Below, piece after piece: positions 39,421 through 54,780 of a stretch of 64,000 nt of DNA. Origin of the DNA: the human T2T-CHM13v2.0 reference genome, Homo sapiens; NCBI RefSeq assembly GCF_009914755.1, contig NC_060937.1, one strand, 5' to 3'. Each line of letters starts with the position of its first letter. Position 1 is the stretch's first letter. The notes under the pieces are model-generated. The model had not been told where the DNA came from. It saw only the letters and a list, made by a program, of their open reading frames with translations, and did no database searches. The position numbers and the translations under genes were made by a program.

Positions 39421-42400
39421 TAACGATTTGCACTTTGAGAAAGAAAAATGGATGGTGAGAAAAGGTATACTAGGAAACTCATTAGATCTAGAGTGTTCAG
39501 GAAAGTGAAGTCATTTAGTTTAAAGGACGCCAGGACTGTGTTTTCTAAGCTGCTTCCTTAAGCACCCCTCACACAAGGAGCTGAAGGTGATTTACATAAC
39601 ATAGGATTCACCGGTCCGCGATTATCACTGTGGGTGAACTGGGCGCCCTGGAATGAATAATACTCTAGTGCAAGTACTGCTTGTTGCTGCAACACAGTGA
39701 TTTTCTATTACACTGAACACGTGAAATGAATTGCCTTCTGTAGCTGAAACCTTTCAGTGATCGTAGACGCCCCTCATTGTTGAAGCGAGAATTAAGCTAT
39801 TCGGAGAAGCGTGTTTTCCATCCCCGAAATTTTTTTATGGAAATGACCTATAGAGAGGGATTGCAAATAACAGTACATTTTTGTGCAGTTCAGCCGATTT
39901 TAATCTAGGCTTGGGGGATATATTTATTTTATGGGAGTAATATATTTAACTATTTTTCAGTGAATTTTAAAAAAATATCATTTGACCTATTAAACTAGTT
40001 ATGTCAAATGATTATGTAGTACATAGAGATGGCTTAATATACATTTATGTATTAATGTGAAAAGTTTTTTTAAAAAACTCCAGTTATACCAGTCTTGCAA
40101 TATTTTTTGTTGTAAATATACTCAGTGCTACTAGAATAAAATTGTGTGTGTGTCATGCTTTAGGATGTAAATACTTAATTGTTTTCAGTGGTAGGCATGC
40201 AGACATCTTTGACATGAGCTAATAATAGAATGATAATTGAGGAAAACTGGCCTAATTGAAGGAAAAAAATCTCAAGAATCTCATGATTTAATGATAGTTT
40301 GAAATGCTTATATTGAATGGTATTTAGAATTTTAATGCCTAACTGACTTTTACATTGCATTTACTTAGTTTATGAGGCAGGCTCGATTTAAAATGTACCA
40401 GTTAGGAAAAAAAAAAAAAAAAAGCAATAAGGACATAGCACACCATTATCATAAATGTTAGTAGTATTAGTGAATATAAAATAATTAAATATTGTGATCC
40501 TTAACACTTCGAAGCGTTCGAAATAACAGTGGCAAAACAACTTTGCCTCAAGTAGTATTTCCTAAATAACTTGTCTCCACTTCTGCAGACCTGCTTACTT
40601 ATATGGGATATACAAAGTAATTCATAAATAGTGTCATTATTAAGCTTAAAGAAAAACCCTGTTATGTTGAGAAATACAAGAATGCAATATTTCTTTGTTT
40701 TCGAAAAAAACCTGATTTAAAATTGAATTGCATGTTCACAAATCTCAGTAATTGTAACCTTTCATCTGGAAAAAAGGTATCTGTTAAAGGATATGCACAT
40801 ACATGTTAAGTGCTTATATAGATATTGTTTGGTGTTTTTTCATTATCTGCTAGCTGCTAGTCTATTCACAAGTATTAATGAATTTAAAGTTTTATTTTTT
40901 TAATATGTGCTTATTACGCTGGGGAGATAAAAAGAATATGAAGTTGAGTTTATTACATTATTTATCCCTACTGCTGGAGTGGCTTTGAAGGCTCATTGTA
41001 GCCATCTGATTTCTTTCCCCCTTCTTTTTTTTTAAATGCACCCAGGCTATTTCAAGTGTTTCATTCTGCCAGACACAATATATTTCTTTTTTTACACTAG
41101 AGAAATTAAAGACAGATATTTGTGCAGGGTTTTCTTTATGTGTCACATTAAATAAAGTAAAATAGAGAGAGTTTTTCTGGTAACCTAATTTGATGGCATC
41201 TATACCTTTCTTCCTGTGTGATTCCTGGTATAAGAACACTTGAGACAAAAAATAGCTTGAAACCTTTCAAGGTTTCAGTGATTTCTTAAAGTAATTATTT
41301 CATCTTTTAATATCAGATTTATTTCAAAGTCAAGCAGAGGATTGAGGTCACTGTTTGCACAATTTAGACCCTATTTTATTTCTTCAACTAGAACATTTTG
41401 AGAATCGTGGTTAATTTTTTAGAATTGTTTATTCTTCACTTGACTGATAAAGGCCTTTGCCTCAGTTTTCTTCATCACCCTAGTTCACAATCATATAGTC
41501 ACATTTGTAGTGAAGAGTACTTTTTTTCTCTACAGTGTTGCTTAATAAGCTTGATATTGGTATTAATAGGTTTTTGAAAAGAAAATTTTGAGATTAAAAA
41601 TGGAAGTTGGGAGTATACTTGTAAGAATTGACCACCGCTGCTTGATTTGCAGACTTGAAGTAATACTGGATAACTAGCCAAAACTTTTCTTTTGGTAGAA
41701 AAAGAAATTTAAAGCCTGGCTTATTTTCATAATTGTCTCTGTTTCCTCACTTCATTTGCATATGTACACAGAGGTACAGGATGTTTTCAGTTGTATCTGT
41801 AAACTGAAAAAAAAATGGGGAAAGGGAGGTTATCAACCTAAAGAATTTTTTATTGTTCAGCATAAATTGTGATCTCTAACCTTTTCCAAACATTTAAGGA
41901 CAATGAAGTTAGTCATTCATTTATTGAATACTGTGTAGGAAATATGGATTCCAATAGTCTAATTTCTCACAAACCCTTCAGAAAGTTACTATTATCTTTC
42001 TAATAAAACTAAAATCTTTTTGTTAGATATCAGCTTATAATTTTCTTGTGATATTATAGAAATATTCAGACAGGATAAATGGGCTCACATGATTCTTTTC
42101 TATATAATGTATGAAAATTAGGTATTTCCTAACCTACAACATATACACAAATGTATGTATGATTTTACATACATGAATTTACGTACATTTGTGTATATGG
42201 CTACATTTTTAGTACTCTTAATATGCTATCTTTTTATTGCATTTAGAGAAAACAAAGGAATCAGAATCGATTAGTGTCTGTTAATCCCTACATCTGTACT
42301 AGGTCATCCAGGACTGCATTGCTCTCATTACTGTTTCATACTGTATGTGATTAAGCCACTGGAAATATTCAACATGACCTTGAGACTAGAATATGGTACA

Positions 42401-43023
42401 TAGATAATCAACTTCCAGTGATTACATGTCTAAAATAACCTTTCCTATTTTTAATTTATAGTTTTGGAGCTTATTTTTTAATGAGCAAAGTAATTCTTCT
42501 AAAGTAAGATTTATTTTTTTTAATGATTAGTAACTGGAGTAATAATTTAAAAGGATAATTACATAAAATAGAAAACGATTACCTTTTATCATGTATATTA
42601 TGTGCAGTAAAATAAATGGTTTACAGAAAAAGAAGGAAATTAGTTTATAAATATAAATTTTCTTTATATCTTTACATATAAGTATAGAGATAACTATCTG
42701 AGAATATAATACCTATATAATATTTCATTTCCAGTTACATTTCAATATTTTCACTATTGTAATAATATACATTTTAGTACACCAATATGTACTATTTCTT
42801 GAAAGCACACTTTTTCATATAATGATTTGTCAAAAATATCAATTCTAAAGTAATACTAATGAATAGTTAATACTTTTACATTCACATATCCTTATCCATT
42901 TTATTATCTAAAATCCCAATCAAATTAGAAGCATGAACAGCATAGTTTGTAAGATGTAGTGGTGTTCCTGATTAAAAAAAAAAAAGTGGGAACCTAGTGA
43001 AATAAAATGTATAGCTTTGTTTT

Positions 43024-43088
43024 TCTGTGAAATTTATTTTTTTTAAGTTAGATATGTCTGTGAAATTTATTTTTTTAAGTTAGATATG
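43024..43088. repeat. Tandem duplication of a ~33-bp unit
   Basis: TCTGTGAAATTTAT(T)nAAGTTAGATATG twice, differing by one T. Confidence 0.9.
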
Positions 43089-44580
43089 TCGATGTGTACT
43101 TTGCATACAGTAGTATTCCATGATTTTTCCATATGATTGTGCCATTCTATGAATTCTGACAAATATATACCATCATAGAAGCTCTACCACACATGTAGAT
43201 AGAACATTTCTATTACCACAAAAATGTTTCTTCATGCCCTGATTTCATTATTTTTATTTGGAAATTTTATGATTAATGTATAAATGTCTGGCTGTTTTAG
43301 TTTTATATCAAAAGATCTTTAGACTGTAACACCGTTATTTATTTCCCCTAGAGTTTACTATTTTGTCATGCTTCTAATTAAAGACAAGTTTTAATCAAAA
43401 AACACTGACACAGGCAAAGTGTAAAATAATATTTCAGATATATAAGCAATATGTTTATAATTTTTATTTTATGTAAAGTTTAATTTTCATGTATGTGACA
43501 AATTAATACTTGGTAGAAGATTGATTTTTCAAAGAAACTCCTAATATTTAGTAGCTAACATGAATATATGTGTTAGATTTATGAATCTGATTTACAGCTT
43601 ACACATCAAAATATGCAAGTAAGAATGGGTTTCTCATATAAGTTAGCAACATTTGAGGCATATTTGTAATGTTTCTAGCTTTATGGCACTAGAGAAAGAA
43701 ATGTCAAGATTTCTCAATATTTTTACTTTACATTTTCAGTAAATTAACCTTCCCTTTGAGTGGTAGGAATTGAGGCTAAAGAGTTTATTAGATCTAATAT
43801 TACTTAATATATGCACATTCTTGGGACATGTGTATAAATATACATTATCCTAATTTTGTATAAATATACATTATTATGTAAATGTAGATGGTTACAAATA
43901 CTCTAAACCAAGAATTATTAAATTATAGGAGTGAAGACATTGATAATGATGCTCTTTCAAATATTTTGTCTTTTTACAACTTGGAATAGTACAACTAGTC
44001 TTTTATTTCTTCCCCCAAGATATACAAATTATTTAAATGCTTTCTGTTTTGTATTTTTATTTTGCAGTTACAATAGAAATTTTAATGTTATGCATGCTTA
44101 CAGGCCTATTAAGAAAGAAGTTATTGCTTTCTTAATAATCTCAAACCATCTTTAGGAAATACACTCTTTTTATGGTTTGCAAAATAGCCCATGCATGCAT
44201 GCAGGCTGTGTACAGACACACACACACACAAAAACACCAGTGTTTAAGATAGCAAAAGATTGAATTGGCCTCTATACATTTTCCGTATTCATCTGTTAAA
44301 AGGAAACAACCACTAAATATTGGAATCTTGTTGCCACCAGGAAGTAATATCCACATCCACAAGTTTGTCTCATAATAACCCTTAACAGTTTTTGATAATA
44401 CCTGAAGAGACTGTACCTAAATGGATTTTTAAAATAACACGGGAAATTCCAACAGCATGTATTCAGTCACATATACTACGTCAACTTTGAATGTCATAAG
44501 CTTTTAATTATGAAATTGAGAAGTTTATTGCTAGCCATTTTGTCCATAGAAAAAATTTACTTAAATATTTACCTACATTA

Positions 44581-44583
<3 letters not shown>

Positions 44584-44640
<57 letters not shown>

Positions 44641-44641
44641 G
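44584..44641. repeat. Compound (TG)n(TA)n microsatellite
   Basis: ~16 TG followed directly by ~12 TA. Confidence 0.93.
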
Positions 44642-46844
44642 TAGACCCTCACTAATTTAAAATTGTTTTTTACTTTTTTGCAACAGACCAAGTTTAAATT
44701 TTTTGCAACCTTAACCTGCATTTGATAAACAAAATGTATAACTCTTCAGGGGGAAAAATGTGGGATGTTTTGTTTTTTGTTTTTTACTGGCAATTTCAGT
44801 TCTTCATTTGTTTTGCTCTCCACGCTGCATTAGCACAGTTTTCCCCTGTGTGCATCTGCCAGTGTACAATTTAGCCACGGGCATCTGTAGACCTTGTGGT
44901 GATCAGTATTGCAGGCAAAAGCCATATGTGTTTAAATAAAAAAAAAATCTCTTTATTTCATTTGCTGTTTTAACTGGATGGATAACTTTTGTGCCTCAAG
45001 ACAGAAAAAGAAAAAATACAGAAATAATTAATTGCCTCTATTCTTGAGGCAGTTTCATTTCCCCTCCAATATGGAATGCTTGTCAGCTTTCCTGATAAAT
45101 GACTGCATGTATTTGCATAGATTTTACATTAACACAAAAATTAGTTTTATTTGTGGAAAACTAGTTTACATAATAATATAAAACCCCTGTTAGTGATTAT
45201 GTTTCCAAGCATTGATGACTTTAGAGGGGTGGTAGTATTCTAAATTTTCAAAAGTCTGATCAACCTGTATAATTTAAACTTTCTTTTGATAAATAGTTTT
45301 ACATTAAGATCTAAAAGACATATTTATAACATTTTAAAGTTTTAAAACTTCTTTTCTAGATATACTTACCACAACTGTTTCAGACTCATAGTAGCACCCA
45401 TTTGGTAAGAAGATTTTGATTTTGAACTTTTGCCAAGGAATATTTTTAAATACATATTACCAATTACGTACACTTCAGCCAATTGGAAGACTGCATCTAT
45501 ATGAATTACTTTAATTTTCATATTCATATTATGAAAAAAGATGGGTGCTATATTGGATGTGTACAGTTTAGCTAATTCTTGGGAAGTTATGTATTATTTA
45601 CAACCAAATTTAAAATATATCTGAGAACTGTCCTCTCCATCTTTAACCTATTTCCTTCAATATACTTAATTAATCACCCAGCCCTGAAAAAACCACTCTG
45701 CTGGAGCTGTTAGGGTACTGAAAACAATTCTACCTCTCTAAGTGGCAGGCAGTAGATGTTTATTCATACTATAATCTGGCATCTTGTTGTCTAGAGGCAA
45801 CCTGCTAATTATGTGCTATCGTTGTATTATCCATGTTATGGAAAATTCAAATATGTTCACTACTGTTAGTTACATCGCAAAGCTTTTCGTAAAATATACT
45901 TGATCCTCAAGAAACCTACTATACTTAATGGCAACCTAAACCAAGAGTGTCTCTGCCACTTCTTGATTCTGGGACACCCTGGGTGCCAGCTGTCACAGCT
46001 CAGCTAATGATGACAAATGCCCCTCTCTATGCAGATTGCAGAGCTTGCAGGCTGCTGTGAAAGGCAACCAGATTACCTTTCTTCAGATAGTAACTTAACC
46101 TTTAAAACTCATGTCAGAATGAAATGATCAGCTGTGATAGTTTCAATATCTGTATCTTTAAAAACAAAAATCAGAATAATATCAAATAATGCTTTTAAAA
46201 GTTTCCAGTATTTGTATGATTTACAGTGTTTTACCCTTGAATGCTGTAATATTCTTAAATAAGAAACTCTGGGTAAGACATACTTCACAACCACTTTAGA
46301 GTGTGTATTTGAACTCTGCGTATAAATCAGGTAATAGGTAATTGAGAAAATTCTCCAGATTGTTTAGTCTAAAAAATAGGCTGATGAAATTTTGAGGGAA
46401 AATATGTTCTTCTCTTCACCTGAATGAATGGTAAAGCCTCAATTCTCCCACTGCTTGTACAAGCCTAGCCTGTCCCAAGCCAATAGTTATATTATGTCAT
46501 TAAAACTTAGTTATTCCAAAATGATTTAGAGAATAATTGTTGCTAATGATTGTTTTCTCTGGGTATTTTCAAATATGATCTTTTAAGTTATTAATTTGTT
46601 CTATAGAAATTTATCATATTACAGAACCTATACTTACATGGATTATTCAAAACAATAATGAACACCATTAACCATAATGTAATTCAGAGGGATAAATTAC
46701 CTATTAAATGAGATAATGCTTTACAATTGCAACATTCTTTTCAATTTACAAAGGATTTATATCCATTAATTCATTTGATACTTAAAATAATTCTGAGCTG
46801 GGAAAGATGGGTGACAAGGAACAGGGACCAATATTTAATGAGTA

Positions 46845-46970
46845 TTTAATCTCATTTAATCTTCACAACAAATATTAGCTCCCATTTACAAATAAAGAGA
46901 CTGAGGTTTAGAAAGGTTGCATCTTACCAGGGTCACACAGGTAATTGCAGAGCCAGGTCTGTCTGACTGT
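46845..46970. mobile_element. MIR
   Basis: CTCCCATTTACAAATAAAGAGACTGAGGTTTAGAAAGG...GGTCACACAG. Confidence 0.65.
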
Positions 46971-47809
46971 GGCTGCCATCAGCATTACAGTTTCTAGACT
47001 ACATATGTCCATAGCCAGATATAATTCATAGAAACTGCTACTAGGCTTGCATTTACATAAACAACATAATTGATGAGTTTTAAAGATAGGTTCTTTATAG
47101 GATGCTTTTAAATAGGTAAATACTGAGATACTTTTATGTTATAAATTTTAATTTTATAAGGATAATGTATTGATCTATCACATTGGGAGAAACTATTTAG
47201 GAAAGATATGTACTGTTTACTGAATATCAAATTGGACTAATTCACCTAGATAACCACTTCATTGTAAAACTTAAGATTAATGGGATATACCTTTATAAAT
47301 GTGATGAGGAGAAGCAATTATTTCAATAATTACTTGAGTGAAATATTTATATACTTTTCTTTTATAAAGGTTTATCCATATCATAGTTTTACTATGTAAT
47401 ATCAGTGAGCTATACCACCCACAATATTGTTTTTCAGCTCAAGACACATTGAAAACTTCCTTTGATCATGAATTTAAGTGCAGTCATTTCCAAGAAAGCT
47501 ATGCCAATGCCAGTTGTATTTATTCTGTAGTAAATTATTCTTTGGTATAGATACTAAAATGTGAGGAAATTTTTTCAATGATACATATGATTATATTATT
47601 ATATAAAGACTATTTTATGTACTGATTAGTAGAATTATATTAGTACTTATATAGAATTAGTACTTATAGTTACTAATCAGTACTTATGCTCAATTTGTAT
47701 TTCACTCTACATAAAAATTAAAACTTACAGTGAAAATTTTACTAAAATGTGTCATGCAGTTAGTATCAGGGAAAAAAGTAATTCTGCCGCATAAGTCAGA
47801 CATTTTATA

Positions 47810-48280
47810 TCAGGGCAGGAAAGAACTCTGGAGGATAATGCAATGTAACCCTCTTCATAACTGTCTGAATCTTCTCTACACCATTACCAGCCATGGTAAC
47901 AACCATAGCCAGAGGTGGTTATCTAACCTCTACTTTTACCTCCATGAATGAGAAACTTACTACCTACTCAGATAGTTAATTGCACTTACAACAGTTCTAG
48001 TTGTTAGAACGCTCTTCCTAATATTGAACCAAAATATTTCCCCTTGAAACTTTCACCTTCTGGCCCCTACTTTCCCTTCTGAATAGTATTATCCCTTTAA
48101 CAAATATATGCTTTTTAAATTCAGCATTTCAGATACCAAGTTGAACATACTCCAGTCTTTCAGCTATTACACCTTTGGCATCTTTTAAGTCACCTCACTG
48201 TTCAGGACCCATTCTGGTACATGATTTTCTTCAAGTACGGTGCCTAGAAAGTATTACTCCTAGAATGGATTGGTACATGT
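47810..48280. mobile_element. L3/CR1 fragment
   Basis: CAGTTCTAGTTGTTAGAACGCTCTTCCTAATATTGAACCAAAAT, resembling the CR1/L3 3' region. Confidence 0.55.
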
Positions 48281-51059
48281 AAAGTGGAGAATAATAGCGA
48301 AACATGGGTCACATGAGCTTTTTGGGCATATCCATACCCACGCAGATAAATGCTGTATGTCAACAAATATCTTATTTGTTTAAACATATTATTACCGAGG
48401 TCCTAAGTACATGACTTTTGTATTCATCCAACTCATATCTTGCTATTTTTAGGTATTTTTTCCGTGACTTGACTTATAATAATAAGTTATACATCATTAT
48501 TTTAAGAATCAATAGGCATAACAGTTCTTTCTAAAAATGTGTTCATAAGCTACACATAGAATATTCAGAGCAAAACAATCTAACTTTAATGAATTTAATG
48601 TTTTTGCTCAGTTTAAGTGTAGAAGGAAGCTAATCCACTTAATAAGACCTCAGGATACATTGAATTTACTAAATACTCCACAGCCTTCGTATAGTTTTTT
48701 TTCCAAATATTTAAAATCCTAATATTAGTTTTTCATAGCTTTATCGAAATGTGTAACTAAGAAGCCTCATTTGGGATAAAGTATATACTTTATGTATTTT
48801 GGCATTTATCAATTTTGCTTTGTCAATAAATTTTGTATCTACAAATGAAATCTGCAGGTTTCCCACATGCTTGATCAATGACTAGCAAACTAATAAACTT
48901 TCAATGCAAATAGATGTGCTTCTAGGACTTGTAGACTGTTATAGGAATCACCAACATATTGATCTACATATTTTAACCTTTTGACAATAACAAGAGTTTC
49001 TAAATAATTTAGCATGAGCAGAGGTAAATACTTTTAAAAAGTGATATTTTTAATAACTTGAAGCCAATGTGAAAATTTGTAAATTAAACCAAAGTAGTCA
49101 CAAGACCCATTATGCTCAGTTGTTTTCTTCAAGTGCAGTGCCTAGAACTGAATATTCAGTATCACAGAGTGAACTGGTGAATGTAGGGCAAAGAGGCCTC
49201 CCTTAAGTATTAAATACATTGTTGGAAAAAACGTATTCTGAGAATTCTCAAAACACATTTGAGAAGCAGTAGTAAAATACAAAATGCATTTTAATATATA
49301 TTAATTAAGTAATTTGTAAAATACAAAATACATTTATGTCTGTATGGGTGGCAAAAAAATTGCATTAACTTTTTTGTGTTAAAGCCTTGAATTTCTTTAA
49401 GTGCAGGCGCATGTTTTTATTTGCCAAGTTTTTTTTTTAATGAGGATGTTTCATTACTACTTTATTTATTACTGCTGTGACATCTAGGCAATAAAAGACA
49501 AAGACAGCCTGCCTGAAATTTGGCTTTCTTGCAGTTTGTATCTTGAATGGGGAATAAAGAAGTCCAGTGCGTTTACAACAGAAACATTCTCAAGTGAAGA
49601 GCTGCCCCATCTGTTTCATCTGGTGGCTTATGCAATAAGAGGTGTTATCACATGAATCTAAATGCACAAGCGGTCGTTTTATGAACTCTTTCTGTGCTTT
49701 GAGGAGTTTATAAGTTGCCTACTCTATTGTGTATCAGTCCCAGCTGACCCAAGTGCATTCTGCTGGGCATATTTGGGGGATAATTAGAACTAATGAAGCC
49801 TGGAATACAGCTAATTCTCTAAGTGATTTATTCTTATGCTCTTCTCTGATCCCTAAGAATTCTCCAAATCATAATCTATGCCACTTATTTTTTCCTAGCA
49901 TTGTGTTGATACAGCTACTTTATGCTTAGCTGATGGACATCAAAAGTAAATTCGGTATTTGAAAGGCTGAGAAACATGTTTCAAAGTAAAACTTTACGTT
50001 ACTTATTAGTCCCCAGGCTTGAGAAGAATGCCAGTTCTTCAACATTTTATGTTTTTGTTTAAATCTCAAAATGTTTATGGCACTTGCAAGTAGATAATAG
50101 CATAGAAAATATAAAGCAATAAAAGCTCATTAAAAAATGTACCACTGGGAAATCAAACCTACAAGTAAAATAATTGAAAATTATTAATGGAAGTTTCCTA
50201 TTTCTTAATTAGGTTTCCCAAGGAAATCTGAAGTTTAAAAAAAACTTTATGAATAGCTTTCATGTTCCAAAGCTGTTTCATTAACCTGGCTTCACTGTCC
50301 TAGCAGTGTTGAAAATGATGTTTCTTTACGTGCCCTCACCAAGTAGTCAGTGATTCAGTGGCCTGTAACGCTGTAAATCCCATCAACTTGCTTTCCTTTC
50401 CTGTTATAACTGTTTCAATGAGTGGCACTTTTGTTGTGCGGGTTCAGATCTGGTAGCTTACTGAGGGCACACTAGAATGAGGACAGACACAAATGCCAAC
50501 AAAAGAAGGCTATAACTTTATTAAAGCCTTATACTCAGTAAATAAGATAGTGGAGCCACTTCAGCTAAGTAGTTTTATAAGCTATGTCCTATTTGATCTT
50601 CTGTTGTCTAGAAACTATAGTAGAATTTATTAAGAATTGTTAGTTTTACCTATTGATTCCAGTGTTTAATATTTACCATATTCTAGAGCCCAGATAACAA
50701 AACCCTTAAGGGCAAGTACCACTTTATTAGTTAGACATACTGAAATACCTGTACTAATGTAGATCACCAACTAGACTGATTATCAACCAAAGGACCAGTT
50801 GGAGATTCCTGAATCTCATTACAGGATACCTAATCCAGCCTCAGATAAATTCTAGTCTTAATTGTATACCCTGACGTAAGAAGTTACTGTTTCTCATATT
50901 TTACCTTCTGCCTAAAAGTCAGCTAAACACTCGAAAACATGTCTTAGGAACTTGATGAAAAGTTGCAGGTCATTTTTTTAAGAACATTTTTACATCTTTA
51001 AACAAGACAAAGAACAAATTGGTAAAATTGGCTAAAACTGAGTTTTTGTTATTTGCAAG

Positions 51060-51520
51060 TTATTCTGCTAGGTGCTTTATCTATATTACTGTATGTAACC
51101 TTCATCTTCTCAACACTATGAAGTAGAAACTTCTGGCCTCATTTCATTGTTAAGAATCTGAAACACAGAGAATTCAAGTAACTCTTCCAAGTTCACAAAG
51201 CTAGGAGTTAGCAGAGTTAAGATTTTCATCTATGCCATCTGGCCCCAGGCTCCAGAGTGTGCTTTCTTAGTCATCATATAGAACCTCTCTAAGTTTGTCT
51301 TGTCATCTGTAGAACAGGGATAATTCTGTGTCATAGGGTTGTTGCACAGGTTAAATAAATTAATACACATAAAAGTTTATGTGTTTTAAAAAGAATATTT
51401 TTAAACTTATATTACCCAAGACCACACAGTAACTAGCAAAGATAGGACTCAAACCCAGCTTTTTCTATCTCCAGACTTCTGAGTTTATGTAGCATCATGC
51501 TTAGGTATGTTTGTTGAATG
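51060..51520. mobile_element. MIR fragments in both orientations
   Basis: GAATCTGAAACACAGAGAATTCAAGTAACTCTTCCAAGTTCACAAAGC; TCATCTGTAGAACAGGGATAAT; CCCAAGACCACACAG. Confidence 0.6.
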
Positions 51521-52409
51521 AATAATTAAATGAATATCATCTGTTCTGTACTTCCCAGTGGAAGATTTTGTTAATTTTGCTGGTTATTTTGATAGCATAT
51601 AGCAGGTACTCAGTGCCTGAATGAGTGAAGGATTTTTCAAACAATACTCGCCAATATAATATGTTCTATACATTGATCACTCTTAAATTTATATCTCTAG
51701 CCAAGACCTCTCCCCTTAATTTCAAGCTGGTATGTTCAGTGGTCTTCTCCACATCATCTCACATATATAAGATGCATTTCAAACTTAGATTCCCAATTGA
51801 GCACCTGCTTCTCCATCAGTCATCTGTACCTCAGTAAACTGCAGTGCCTTTTTTCCGGTTTCTTAGGCCAACAACATGGCTGTCATCTTTGACTCCTCGC
51901 TTGCTTGTGTACCCAATATCCAGAGTGTCAACAAATCCTCCAGACTCTGCCCATCTCTCACCAACTTTACAGCTTCCATCCTTGCAAGCCACCATCATCT
52001 CTTAATTTATTTTTGGTGCCCATCATCCTGTATGTGTACTACTGGTTATCTGAGGCAATATAGAATGAGAAAAAGTACAAGGAATTATGCTAGGGAACAT
52101 AGCTTCTCACTAATATTCCTCTGTGAGGAATATGATCCAATAGGAATAAATGAGAAGGAATGTTCAGAAAAGTAAGGCGGAAAACTAACAGATATGACTA
52201 TCTTAAATGCCAAACACAAGAGAGTTGTAATAAAAAGTTAGTGGACAACAGTTCAGCTACCACATAGAGTTCAAATAACATAAAAAGTTCTTTGTCTTTC
52301 CACATCCGTATCAATGGAATTGTAGAGACAGAAGCAGATCACAATAGGATTGAAGAGTAAATCGGAGGTGGAAAGTGAGGTAGACAATACACTTTCAAGA
52401 AAAGTAGGA

Positions 52410-52700
52410 TTGAAGACTATTCTAAGTGAAGTAACTCAGGAATGGAAAACCAAACATTGTATGTTCTCACTCATAAGTGGGAGCTAAGCTTTGAGGATGC
52501 AAAGGCATAACAATGACACAGTGGAGTTTGGGAACTCAGGGGGAAAGGGTCAGAAGGGAATGAGGGATAAAAGACTATGAATTGGGTTTAATGTATACTG
52601 CTCAAGAGATGGGTGCACCAAAATCTCACACTAAAGAACTTACTCATGTAACCAAATACCACCTGTTCCCCAAAAACCTATGGAAATAAACAATTTTTAA
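52410..52700 (+). mobile_element. L1PB-like 3' end
   Basis: CTAAGTGAAGTAACTCAGGAATGGAAAACCAAACATTGTATGTTCTCACTCATAAGTGGGAGCTAAGC...CCTATGGAAATAAA; flanks AAAAGTAG(G/A)A. Confidence 0.88.
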
Positions 52701-54780
52701 AAAGTAGAAATAAAGGAAATGCAAGAGATAGTATGGTAATTATGAAGTGATGCAAGAAAAAATTTTAAAGGTATTTGAACATATTTAGGGCATAGAGAAA
52801 GAAGCCATAGAGGAGAGGTTAAAGTTAAAATGAAGGACTAAATCATGGAGGTCTCTCTATCTCCAAGATCAGTAGAAGGAAATGGTATCATTGTCTTGAG
52901 GCTACAATGAGAGATGGCTTTTTTCCTTGAAGATAAACTCTACACAATTATTAATATTGCATTTTATTTTATTCCATATGTATTTGTAACAGTGGAGGGT
53001 GAGATGTTGGGTTTAGGATAAACAGGTGGAGATCTGAAAATGTAGCAGGAAGAAACTGTTGCATTGTGGAAGATAAATTTGTAGATGGTGGTTTTTAAAG
53101 TTGGTGGATTATACAACTAGGCCTCAGTTTTCTCTTGGCACTTAAAGCACTGGGACTGAGGTAAGCTTCAAGAAGGGACTTAGATGTTTAAACTGTCACT
53201 AAAAGGAATGGGAGATAACGATGCTGAATCCTGCTTTACCTGGCAACCCTAGATGAAGGAGAAAAGTAGATGTAGTAAAATTTCTAAATAGATAAGTGAC
53301 TGAGATAGCTTAAACATAGGCAGAATAGTTTACTAAGCGGAATATGGACACAGGCATAGACTGCTGAAATACAAAGAAATCAAAGAATTTTAAGATTAAG
53401 GTACAGAATAGATTGTCTATATGAATACTGAATTCTCTAAAAGTGATTATAAGATTCTGGGTGGAGAGGGAAAGAATTTTGGGGAAAGAAGACCCATGAA
53501 GAGTAGAATGAATGCTGTTAAGTGAATGGAACAGGAGACAATCTGAGTCACCAGAGCCTGCACAAAACAAACAAATGGGCCTAAGAGGGGTTGCTGGGAT
53601 TTTGGAAGCCAAAAGATAACTTGATGAAATCCTTTGTAGCCTAATGCTTTGAATACTTTTGAGAGATTTGATAAGTAGTTTTATCATCAACAACTAATGA
53701 TATGGGAGTTTATTTAAATTTATTCCTGGAGCCAGGGAATTCATAGACTCTTATTTTAAAAGACCCTAACATTCCATATGAAAGTGTTTTTTAGGTGTCT
53801 GCCCAAGTGATAATCCACTTTAGTATATCTGTTTCCAATACTACCAAAGTGTCCATCAGGATATTTTGGTAGGACCTAGTCATATGTTTTATTTGAAGTA
53901 TGTAAAACTGCCAAAGATACTTTACTCTTAAGTGTTTTCATATCATATAACTTTCTTTAGTTTCCCAGTAGAGTGAGGAAGCCCTCCATTAGGAACCAGA
54001 AAGCTTGGGTTTTAGAGCTTGCTCCTTTTTGAATAGAATATACAATCTTTATTAATGAGCTTAGTTTCCTGCCCTGTGTGATGAAGGCATTGGAGTAGAT
54101 GATTTCCCTTCTAAAATTCATTCAGTTCTCTGTATTATTTAACTTTGAGATGAGTACAAAATAGCAGCAGTTTTACCTTTAAAGGTGTATCTCGTCATGT
54201 GCAACATATACCTTCCTGAAAAGTTAGCATATTTTTATTATTTGAATTATATTTAAATATATCTGTGAATTTATTCTTCAAAGGATCCTTACAATAAATC
54301 TTTTAAAAATGAATTCATTTTATAAATTTAGTGATTTCTTTATAATGTATAATTTCAAATTTAAATCTTTAGTTATTAAATATTTTTAAAAACAACTCTA
54401 TATATTTGTCTTTATGTAACTTTATAAAGGGTATAATGAATATGAATATAAGGAATACAAAACCAATGATAAGTAAGAAAATAGTAAGAAAGTAATTAAT
54501 CACTTTAAATGAATTCATGACTTCAGGGTACTAACAGAATTTGGAGGTTTGATTGAAGGACCAATCATTGTTGAGGAATTACAGAGACAGTGAGATATGT
54601 CAGAAGACTAGATGAGAGCAAAATATTAGAGAATTTTGCTTGGCACCTTCTGATCAACAATGGTAACAAAAATGTGATTAAGACTTAAGGGAAAAAGTCA
54701 AGTCTGCCTCAAATCCTGTGGGTAAGCAAATAAGATCTAAATTTTTGAAAAATAAATCTGTAGTCTGATAAATTAAGATG

